DNA from: Alphaproteobacteria bacterium | Lineage (GTDB): Bacteria > Pseudomonadota > Alphaproteobacteria > Rhizobiales > TMED25 | Direction: 5' to 3' | Length of the DNA stretch: 35,944 nucleotides | Assembly (NCBI GenBank): GCA_963582255.1 | Contig: CAUZRD010000002.1 | Coordinates: 1 to 35,944 of the forward strand | Notes under the pieces: generated by a model | Database searches by the model: none | Told to the model about the DNA's origin: nothing | Seen by the model: the letters and a program-made list of their open reading frames with translations, nothing else | Program-made: the position numbers and the translations under genes | Shown: positions 29,293 through 35,944 of the stretch, one piece after another | How positions within the stretch are numbered: the stretch's first letter is position 1 | Layout: each line of letters starts with the position of its first letter

Positions 29293-30194
29293 TGAGCATG
29301 CACTCGGCGCCAGTTGGTATGCCCGGCCTGTCGGCGATTGTCCGCGGTGTCATTCGCGGTACTAGGGAAATGCCGCCGACCGTGCTGGTTTGTGTGTTCC
29401 TACTTGTGACGCTTGTGCTTAGCGCCATGTTTGCACCGCTTCTAGTCGACCACTCTCCAACCTACCAGGACCTTATTCGTAGGATGCAGCCGCCGGCATG
29501 GGTCGAGGGCGGCTCTGCAGACTATCTTCTGGGAACTGACGGTCTCGGGCGCGACATGCTTAGCCGGCTGCTGTATGGCGGGCGGATCTCGCTCGCGGTC
29601 GCCGGACTTGCGATGCTGTTCGGGGCTAGCTTTGGAACGCTACTTGGCCTGTGGGCCGGGTATTTTGGGGGGATTGTTGATGCTGTGGTCATGCGTGTGG
29701 TTGATGTCCTTCTGGCATTGCCGACGCTGCTTGTGGCCATCGTGCTTGCGGTCGCGATCGGCCCTTCGTTCTGGAACGTGGTCTTCGTCGTGTCATTTCT
29801 GCTGTGGCCTAAGATCACCCGACAGATTCGTGGCGAAGTCCTTGCCGTCAAGGAGCAGGACTATGTCAAATATGCGGAAGGTATTGGTCGCAGCAGGCTG
29901 TCGGTCATGCTGCGGCATCTGCTCCCGAATGTGACTCCGAGTTTGGTTGTCGTTGCGACGCTCGAGCTGGGCCACGTGGTGCTGCTCGAGGCGTCTCTCA
30001 GTTTCATTGGGGCGGGCATTCCGCCCCCAAATCCATCATGGGGCGTGATGGTTGACGAAGGTCGGGCACTTCTGGCGACGGGCTGGTGGCTGTCGCTGTT
30101 CCCCGGACTTGCAATCATGGTGACCGTGCTCATTTTCAACACGCTTGGAGATTGGCTGCGCGATATCCTAGATCCGCGACTAAAACTCAGATGA
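29292..30194 (+). CDS. ABC transporter permease (DppC/OppC-like)
   Basis: 300 aa with LGTDGLGRDMLSRLLYGGRISL (OppC N-terminal motif) and EQDYVKYAEGIGRSRLSVMLRHLLPN (EAA loop). The start overlaps the previous stop by 1 nt. Confidence 0.9.
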   Translation: MSMHSAPVGMPGLSAIVRGVIRGTREMPPTVLVCVFLLVTLVLSAMFAPLLVDHSPTYQDLIRRMQPPAWVEGGSADYLLGTDGLGRDMLSRLLYGGRISLAVAGLAMLFGASFGTLLGLWAGYFGGIVDAVVMRVVDVLLALPTLLVAIVLAVAIGPSFWNVVFVVSFLLWPKITRQIRGEVLAVKEQDYVKYAEGIGRSRLSVMLRHLLPNVTPSLVVVATLELGHVVLLEASLSFIGAGIPPPNPSWGVMVDEGRALLATGWWLSLFPGLAIMVTVLIFNTLGDWLRDILDPRLKLR

Positions 30195-31219
30195 GGATGT
30201 CGAGCGACAGCGTGGGTGCAGATGCCGCCACTCCGGCTCTTGAGGTTAAGAACCTTTGTGTGAGTACGGGCAGGAAACGCGACAAGGGTAGGCAACTTCT
30301 CGACGGGATCTCGTTCAAGCTCATGCCCGGGGAGGCGCTCGGCGTTGTCGGTGAGTCGGGCTCAGGGAAATCTCTCACGAGCCTCGCTATCTTGAGGCTT
30401 CTGCCCAGGGGCCTAAGTGTCGACGCGGGCGAAATCCTGCTCGGCGGAGTTGATGTTCTCGCGATGTCGGCGCGTGACCTGCGTCAGGCGCGGGGCAGAA
30501 AATTTTCTATGGTTCTGCAGGATCCGATGAGTTCGCTCGATCCCTGCTTCCAAATACGCTCGCAGATGCGCGAGGCGCTTCAGAACGTGGTGTCGGCTTC
30601 AGGAAAATCGCGGCGGGAAATTGATGAAATTTGCGAGGACCTGCTGCAGCGGGTTAGGATGCCTGAGCCCGACGTTGTGCTGCGAAAGTATCCCCACGAA
30701 CTGAGTGGTGGTATGCGCCAGCGCGTTACTAGCGCAATCGCTCTGTCGGGAGGGCCAGATGTTCTGATCGCCGACGAACCGACGACCGCGCTTGATGTCA
30801 CGACTCAGGCCCTCTACTTGTCGATGCTGAAGCAGCTCCAGATCTCCACGGGTTTCTCGTTGATGTTCATCAGCCATGATCTTCTTCTGGTGAAGCAGAT
30901 GTGTGACCGGCTGATCGTCATGTATGCAGGACAGGTTGTGGAGGAAGGACCGCTTGGCGAGGTCCTGGCCAGTCCTCAGCATCCCTATACGCGTGCGCTG
31001 CTGCGATCGATCCCGAAGCCTGACGTGGATGCAGAGCTCTTTCCTATCGATGGCTATCCGCCAGACCCGGCCGCCTATCCACCCGGATGCAGGTTTGCAC
31101 CGAGATGCGCACATGCCCGTGATGCCTGTGATGGGGGAGTTCCAGACGCCGCGCCGCGTTCGGCAAGTGGCCATGTGGCGCGGTGCATAGGCACCGCAGA
31201 CGGCGGATGGGTCGCGTGA
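30191..31219 (+). CDS. ABC transporter ATP-binding protein (DppD/OppD-like)
   Basis: Walker A GESGSGKS, signature LSGGMRQR, Walker B LIADEPTTALD, and HPYTRALL plus a Cys-rich C-terminal oligopeptide-ABC domain (CRFAPRCAHARDAC...C). I took the start as the ATG at 30191, overlapping the permease stop (ATGA). Confidence 0.9.
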   Translation: MRMSSDSVGADAATPALEVKNLCVSTGRKRDKGRQLLDGISFKLMPGEALGVVGESGSGKSLTSLAILRLLPRGLSVDAGEILLGGVDVLAMSARDLRQARGRKFSMVLQDPMSSLDPCFQIRSQMREALQNVVSASGKSRREIDEICEDLLQRVRMPEPDVVLRKYPHELSGGMRQRVTSAIALSGGPDVLIADEPTTALDVTTQALYLSMLKQLQISTGFSLMFISHDLLLVKQMCDRLIVMYAGQVVEEGPLGEVLASPQHPYTRALLRSIPKPDVDAELFPIDGYPPDPAAYPPGCRFAPRCAHARDACDGGVPDAAPRSASGHVARCIGTADGGWVA

Positions 31220-32295
31220 CTGTCGCAAATTCACAGAGAGACACAAGTCTTGTCGGAACTCGGGTATTGAACCCGTCTCCTGCCACTCCTCTTATCGAAC
31301 TTGATCGTGTGGTCGTAGACTTCGAGAAGCGTCAGGCAGTGTTTCAGCGCGGCCGCCCCGACCTCCTGCGCGCGGTCGACGAGGTCAGCCTTTCGATAGC
31401 GAACGGGGAATCTCTTGGCCTGGTTGGAGAGAGCGGTTCGGGAAAGACGACCGTCGGCCGCTTGGCGGCGGGGATGCTGGCGCCAACCAGCGGTATTGTT
31501 CGCGCGAATGGGCAGGTGCTGGGACAGGATCGCGGTGCGCTTGCCTCCTACCGTCGAAACGTCCAGATCGTGTTTCAGGACCCTTATTCATCACTCGATC
31601 CGCGAATGCGGGTGGGGAGTATTATTGCCGAGCCTCTGTTCGGGCGCGAAGGAGCGTGGTCGACACGGTCCGCTCGAAAAGAGAGGGTCGATGAGCTGCT
31701 GAATCTCGTTGGGCTCCTGCCGGATGCAGCTAGCATGTATCCGCACCAGTTCAGCGGCGGACAGCGCCAGCGCATCGCCCTTGCGAGGGCGCTGAGCTCG
31801 GATCCAAGGCTAATCATACTTGATGAACCGACTTCGGCGCTCGACGTTTCAATCCGCGCCCAGATTCTCAAACTCCTGAAAGATCTGCAGCGGAGGCTGA
31901 ACGTTTCCTACCTCGTCATCTCCCATGATCTCGGGTCGGTCGCCTATCTTGTCTCGCGCGTTGCTGTCATGTATCGGGGTCGGATCGTCGAACAGGGCTC
32001 GCCGGCGCAGATCTATCGCACGCCACAGCATCCCTATTCGCGTTTGTTGCTGGCGAGCGTGCCGCGCGAAGATACGAGTTTCATCATGACCGAGGATATT
32101 GCGGTCAACGAGCCCGAAGCCATAGATGCCGGGACGGGGTGTGGATTCCGCAACCGATGCAATCTACGCTGTCAGCTCCCCGAACCGTCGCGTTGTGAAG
32201 ATACCCGCCCGAGACTTCTCGCGGCGACTGATAACCATTTCGTCGCCTGCCATGGCATAGGCGCGCGGAGTGGCGTGGACAACGGGGAGAGCTGA
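31207..32295 (+). CDS. ABC transporter ATP-binding protein (DppF/OppF-like)
   Basis: Walker A GESGSGKTT, signature FSGGQRQR, Walker B LILDEPTSALD, and HPYSRLLL plus a Cys-rich tail (CGFRNRCNLRC...C). The start is the ATG at 31207 or the GTG at 31216; both overlap the preceding stop. Confidence 0.9.
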   Translation: MGRVTVANSQRDTSLVGTRVLNPSPATPLIELDRVVVDFEKRQAVFQRGRPDLLRAVDEVSLSIANGESLGLVGESGSGKTTVGRLAAGMLAPTSGIVRANGQVLGQDRGALASYRRNVQIVFQDPYSSLDPRMRVGSIIAEPLFGREGAWSTRSARKERVDELLNLVGLLPDAASMYPHQFSGGQRQRIALARALSSDPRLIILDEPTSALDVSIRAQILKLLKDLQRRLNVSYLVISHDLGSVAYLVSRVAVMYRGRIVEQGSPAQIYRTPQHPYSRLLLASVPREDTSFIMTEDIAVNEPEAIDAGTGCGFRNRCNLRCQLPEPSRCEDTRPRLLAATDNHFVACHGIGARSGVDNGES

Positions 32296-32309
32296 CATGA
32301 TCGCGCGCC

Positions 32310-32492
32310 ATGTTTGCGAGCGCAAATCAGGCGCTGGGTAGTTTCATCGACGAAGGCTTAATTTTCTTTACGCTGCAGTGGATCGATGAGGAGTTTGAGA
32401 AGATTCGCGGCCACTCGCCTGCCTGCACGTCGGTGCTTGTGCACCGCGGTGGAAAGCCAAATTTGAATGAGGAGCTAGTATGTCGGAATTGA
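32310..32492 (+). CDS. Hypothetical small protein (60 aa), uncertain
   Basis: This ORF fills the gap between the ATPase gene and the next gene and overlaps the latter's start by 13 nt. I recognise no family. It could equally be a non-coding spacer. Confidence 0.25.
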   Translation: MFASANQALGSFIDEGLIFFTLQWIDEEFEKIRGHSPACTSVLVHRGGKPNLNEELVCRN

Positions 32493-33406
32493 TACGTGTC
32501 TGTCACTCGGTCCACGGGGCGGCCAATGCTATCATGGCGCTCGGCGTCGCATCGGGATTTTTCGCTGATGTCGGACTGAACGTCTTCATGGAGGAGATGC
32601 CCCGAACAGGGGACGCCATGAGGAAACTCATCGATGGGACAACCGAGTTTGTCGTCGTCGGTGCTGTGCCCGTCATCAATGCTGCACGTGCGGGCCATCA
32701 TCCGTTGATCGTCATGAGCATTGAAGCAGATAATGTTTTTGCAGTGATGGGTTCAAGTTCGATCCGCTCGCCGAACGACCTGAAGGGCAAGATAATTGCC
32801 ATTAGTGGACGACACGAGCAGGACGACATCATGGTGCGTCGCGCTCTTGCGCATTGGGGAATTGATCCAGACAATGATGTGACGTTCGAGGCGCGGGGTA
32901 GCCGCGGGAAATGCTGGGATGCGATTATTTCCGGCGAGGCCGTTGCGATGTGTGCAACTATTCCTCAGCCGATTCTTGCACGAGCAAACGGGCTGCCTGT
33001 CCTCATGGATTTTGCGAATTTGCACGAGCCCTATCAAGCGGGCTCAGTGGTGACGACGCGGGCCTACGCCGATGCAAATTCGGACACTGTGACCCGCTTT
33101 CTTGAGGGCCAGCTTCGCGCTGTCCGTCAGTTTCAGAGCGATTTCGAGTTGTCGCTGCCGCATTTGAAGGCCCGGAGCAAACTCGATGATGTCGAAGTTT
33201 TGCGTGAAACGCATCGATTGTTCGGTGAGGCCGCGGAGGACTACATCCCCAATCCGGCGGCTTCGGCCACGGTGTTGTGTAATCTCGCCGCCGCCATCGG
33301 TGAGCCGATTGATATTGATTTGGACCGGATCATCGATGCCAGTTTCGCGACTGCGCTTGAAGGCCGCAAGCCGTACCCGTCCGTTGGCCGCGCCCCGAGC
33401 ACCTGA
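32480..33406 (+). CDS. NMT1/THI5-like (SsuA/TauA/ThiY-fold) binding-protein-domain protein without signal peptide, paralog 1
   Basis: 308 aa. AGGAG lies 5 nt before the ATG. The protein starts directly with the first beta-strand and helix of the type-2 periplasmic-binding fold (IRVCHSVHGAANAIMALGVASGFFADVGLNV), with no leader. The family call is from the sequence pattern, not a search. Confidence 0.75.
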   Translation: MSELIRVCHSVHGAANAIMALGVASGFFADVGLNVFMEEMPRTGDAMRKLIDGTTEFVVVGAVPVINAARAGHHPLIVMSIEADNVFAVMGSSSIRSPNDLKGKIIAISGRHEQDDIMVRRALAHWGIDPDNDVTFEARGSRGKCWDAIISGEAVAMCATIPQPILARANGLPVLMDFANLHEPYQAGSVVTTRAYADANSDTVTRFLEGQLRAVRQFQSDFELSLPHLKARSKLDDVEVLRETHRLFGEAAEDYIPNPAASATVLCNLAAAIGEPIDIDLDRIIDASFATALEGRKPYPSVGRAPST

Positions 33407-33434
33407 GTTTTCTCGTGAATTCAAGGCGGGTTTG

Positions 33435-33521
33435 TTACACCCTCTTTAACATCTCCAACATCCTAAACACCCCCCGCAGCAGCTTCAGGATGTCCTCGTC
33501 TAAATACCGTTTCCCTGTCAT
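33435..33521 (-). pseudogene. Possible relic of an IS3-family transposase OrfA N-terminus (28 codons)
   Basis: Hand translation gives MTGKRYLDEDILKLLRGVFRMLEMLKRV*. The first 16 residues fit the IS3/IS407 OrfA start pattern (K-R-Y/F-x-D/E-E-x-I-x-x-x-L-R). The rest does not fit. The match is very short. Confidence 0.25.
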
Positions 33522-33668
33522 CTCCCATCCCCCTTCTCAGACCACAATAGTGGCCCAGTTTTAAGGGGGAAGGACTACTGCTTAAACTCAAACTAAGGAT
33601 GTGCCAGGCTCTCCGATCCTGAGACTATTAGCTTATCTTAAGATATTTGAACCCGGACATGCTACGAG

Positions 33669-34142
33669 CTACTTCTTGGACTCTTTTCGTTTGATCCATT
33701 GGATCAAATCCGCTGGTTCGAGCCGAGCCAGCGGGCCATCACTGTAGCTGGAAAATATGACCTTGCCGTCGGGGTTCAAAATGAATTCCGAGGGCTGGAT
33801 GATCGAGCGTCGCTCTTCCCAGAAGGAGCCAAGCATATGGGCGTTGGAGCGTGTCACACCATAGCCAACCGAAAACGAAACTTCGGTGGAAACTTCCTTA
33901 GCCTTGTCAATTGGATCAACACTAGCGCTGACCAATATGCGAGCGCCAAGGGCGTCAAGTTCAGGCTTAATTTTCTCGAGGCCGACTAACTGACGGCGAC
34001 AGTATGGTCACCAATGGCCGCGATAAAACAATATCACCCGATATTTCGCGTCCATGCTGTCTGGCAGTTCCAATGTTGAACCGTCAACCAAATTAAGCTT
34101 CATCCATGGGAAACAGTCGCCAATGCCAAGCTTTTTCGTCAT
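33669..34142 (-). CDS. Peroxiredoxin-like thiol:disulfide oxidoreductase (AhpC/TSA, PRX_like2-type) with in-frame TGA at 34010-34008; candidate selenoprotein (U-P-Y-C)
   Basis: ORFs 34008..34214 and 33669..33935 are in the same frame, separated only by one TGA and 24 sense codons. Read-through gives 157 aa: MTKKLGIGDCFPWMKLNLVDGSTLELPDSMDAKYRVILFYRGHW-[TGA]-PYCRRQLVGLEKIKPELDALGARILVSASVDPIDKAKE... In the family motif FYRGhWCPxC the TGA replaces the first Cys. AAGGA lies 8 nt upstream of the ATG at 34142. Confidence 0.65.
33981..33997 (-). ncRNA. Candidate bacterial SECIS-like hairpin within the coding sequence
   Basis: The minus-strand RNA GCCGUCAGUUAGUCGGC starts 11 nt after the UGA. It has a GCCG/CGGC stem, a U-U mismatch, a C-G pair, and an apical loop AGUUA with G as its second nucleotide. 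I folded it by hand. The stem is short. Confidence 0.35.
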
Positions 34143-34546
34143 GAAAATTATCCTTCGATTGACGCTTTGAAGTGAGTCAATATCGATACCACATTCCAAC
34201 TCTACGGCGCCCACTTTTTGAAGGCAATCGCTTAATCAAAACCATTTTCTGATGTTCTTATCCAACTGAGCTTCGTAAGTTCAATAGTCGTTTTCTCTCG
34301 ATTATTAGTTCCCACGTTGCTGCTGAACAATCCGGCAGAAGCTACCTGGCGCAATTGTCAGCGTCCAAGCATCGAGGAATTCCAATTGTCCTGATAATGG
34401 CTGCATGTCAGCGCGTTGATGCGTAGAAAGTCGACAAACGAGCTTAAATATATGAAATCAAATGACTACAGATACCTCTCAGCCGATTCCCAAAAAAGTG
34501 GAAAGTATATGTGTTTCCAATAAGGCTCCTACTTCTTGATCACACT

Positions 34547-35473
34547 TCAAGCGCCGGGCGCGATTTGGGTGGTGCTGTAAGGTGCACGGCCCTCCAATGC
34601 GATGGCAAATTTAGGATCAATGATCTTTTCGAGATCTACATCGAGGGGTTTGCCAAGGGTCTCCGACAAGTTGCGCAGGACATTGGCCGACGCCACCGGA
34701 TTGGGGATGTAGTCCTCCGCGGCTTCACCAAACAATCGATGTGTTTCACGCAAAACTTCGACATCATCGAGTTTGCTCAGGGTGATAAGATGGGGCAAGG
34801 CCGCCTCGAAATCGCTCTGAAAAAGTCGAACCGCACGCAGTTGGCCGGCAAGAAAACGGTGCACATTGTCGGGCTTGTCGTCAATATAGGCGCGCGTTGT
34901 TCCGATGCAGCCAGCCTGTAATGGCTCATGAAGTTCGGCGAAATCTTTCAGCACTGGCAGGCCGTTGGCGCGTGCAAGGATTGGCTGGGGAATAGTCGCA
35001 CACATTGCTGCGGCCTCGCCTGAGACGATTGCCTTCCAGGTATCGCCCCGGCTGCCATACTCGACGAAGATGACCTCCCTGTTCGGGTCGATTCCCCACT
35101 CGGAAAGGGCGCGGTGAATCATCACATTGTCCTGTTCGCCGTGGCCGGTGATGGCGATAGTCTTGCCCCTCAGATCTTCGGGCGAGCTGATCGATCGTGC
35201 CCCAATGATAGCGAACACGTTCTCTGCCTCGATGTTCATGACAATGACAGGGTAATGGCCGGCATATGCGGCACTCAAAATTGTCGCGGCACCGACAACC
35301 ACAAACTCCGTTGTGCCCGCTATTAGCTTTTTGACGGCATCTCCAGATCGAGGAATCTCCTCCATGATAACATCGAGTCCTTCCTCGGCGAAGTACCCGG
35401 AGGCGACGCCGAGCGCCATGATTGCATTGGCCGCTCCGTACGCCGAGTAACAGACGCGTATTATCTCAGCCAT
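34547..35473 (-). CDS. NMT1/THI5-like binding-protein-domain protein without signal peptide, paralog 2
   Basis: Roughly 70% identical by eye to the 32480..33406 product over the full length (MAEIIRVCYSAYGAANAIMALGVASGYFAEEGLDV...). I set the start at Met18 of ORF 34547..35524, which aligns with the paralog 1 start. Confidence 0.8.
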   Translation of the reverse strand: MAEIIRVCYSAYGAANAIMALGVASGYFAEEGLDVIMEEIPRSGDAVKKLIAGTTEFVVVGAATILSAAYAGHYPVIVMNIEAENVFAIIGARSISSPEDLRGKTIAITGHGEQDNVMIHRALSEWGIDPNREVIFVEYGSRGDTWKAIVSGEAAAMCATIPQPILARANGLPVLKDFAELHEPLQAGCIGTTRAYIDDKPDNVHRFLAGQLRAVRLFQSDFEAALPHLITLSKLDDVEVLRETHRLFGEAAEDYIPNPVASANVLRNLSETLGKPLDVDLEKIIDPKFAIALEGRAPYSTTQIAPGA

Positions 35474-35530
35474 GCAATAGACTCCCCCAAGCATCAAAGC
35501 CGTTGGCACCTGTCCAGCTGACATTTTTGC

Positions 35531-35559
35531 CCTGATGCAGCATGTATTGCTTCATCAGG
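35531..35559. promoter_or_regulatory. Near-perfect 12-bp inverted repeat upstream of paralog 2
   Basis: CCTGATGCAGCA-TGTAT-TGCTTCATCAGG (11 of 12 positions pair), 58 nt upstream of the ATG at 35473. It could be an operator or a 5'-UTR hairpin. Confidence 0.35.
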
Positions 35560-35751
35560 ATGCAAACAAGACTCAGTGCCTACAATATTTCATAACTGTC
35601 CAAAAAAACCGCAGCGCGTTACCGCCAAGATTCAACTACTTTTCTTTGTCATCTAGTCCGGAAATAGCGTTGACTGCATCGACAGGTCAGCCGGTTGCCA
35701 TGTTAGTCGGATAGTTATTCGCTTGAACCTGCGGCAACAAACCTTGCCACA

Positions 35752-35861
35752 AGCAGCACCGATTTAGGTGCTATTTTTGTTTTGGCACGGGTATAGTAGA
35801 TAACTTCTTCTGCCTAGTATTACCAAGATCACGAGATTGGCGGTTGTTGGGCGTGTTGACG
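35752..35861 (+). repeat. Direct repeat, right copy (DR-R, ~110 nt)
   Basis: Matches 26374-26482. It includes a second copy of the terminator-like hairpin (AGCACC-GATTTA-GGTGCT followed by ATTTTTGTTTT), although no plus-strand gene reads into it. Confidence 0.9.
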
Positions 35862-35944
35862 AAGCGTCTTCTGGTGCTTGGTGATTATATTATCGATGGC
35901 TCATCTTGGTGATCAGTCAGTTAGATCGGGAGAACTCCATAGAC

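Larger units (their letters stand above)
26483..35751. mobile_element. Putative horizontally acquired genomic island at tRNA-Asn (cargo only, no integrase or transposase gene in the window)
   Basis: Bounded by the ~110-nt direct repeats and adjacent to a tRNA gene. The transporter genes are visibly richer in G+C than the flanks: spot counts of single 60-nt lines give 32-43 G+C inside versus 27-30 in core genes. Confidence 0.5.

Noticed and set aside
33044-33424. 126-aa minus-strand ORF and its look-alike at 34511..34921 (+), which share RRIGDVVLRG.T.QSM.FTQNFDIIEFA
   Set aside because: The similarity arises only because both ORFs are the antisense frame of the two NMT1-like paralogs. This is a mirror of the paralogy, not an independent conserved gene.
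33669-34214. Reading the two redoxin fragments as an ordinary nonsense-mutated pseudogene, or as two separate small genes
   Set aside because: I did not reject this fully. I judged it less likely because the single stop is TGA, it sits exactly on the CxxC first-Cys codon, the frame is unchanged, the downstream 112 codons are intact and family-like, and a hairpin lies at SECIS distance. The 5' extension of ORF 34008..34214 beyond the ATG at 34142 is rejected as non-coding, because an RBS precedes 34142.
26483-35751. Looked for an integrase, transposase, toxin-antitoxin, restriction-modification, CRISPR or other defence genes inside the island
   Set aside because: None is recognisable in any frame. 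The cargo is transport and redox only, so I do not claim a defence or mobility system.

Overview
The window looks like an alphaproteobacterial chromosome segment. This call rests on gene order (nagZ-scpA-scpB ... tatABC-serS-surE-[pcm]-nlpD, DUF815-yajC-secD-secF, uvrA<>ssb) and on a GAAC-N7-GAAC SOS box. Positions 1-26.3 kb hold about 27 housekeeping genes at roughly 45-50% G+C by spot counts. A tRNA-Asn(GTT) gene sits at 26273-26348. It is followed by an accessory segment of about 9.3 kb (26.4-35.8 kb), which is bracketed by two ~110-nt direct repeats that each start with a copy of the tRNA's terminator hairpin. The segment is visibly more GC-rich over its transporter genes and has no integrase. 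It carries a complete five-gene family-5 (Dpp/Opp/Gsi-type) ABC importer. It also carries two convergent, roughly 70%-identical, signal-peptide-less NMT1/THI5-fold paralogs. Between the paralogs is a peroxiredoxin-like (AhpC/TSA, PRX_like2-type) gene that the ORF track splits in two. The split is a single in-frame TGA that falls exactly where the family motif W-C-P-x-C has its first Cys (here W-TGA-P-Y-C). A small hairpin starts 11 nt downstream of the TGA, so this is a candidate selenoprotein with a SECIS-like element. Smaller observations are: a ~32-40 codon relic of pcm between surE and nlpD, an orphan ABC ATPase inserted between scpB and tatA, a DksA with only one of the four zinc-finger Cys, a possible IS3-type OrfA relic, a local gene-conversion tract between the paralogs, and several strong hairpins and palindromes. 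I found no CRISPR array, rRNA or recognisable defence system.
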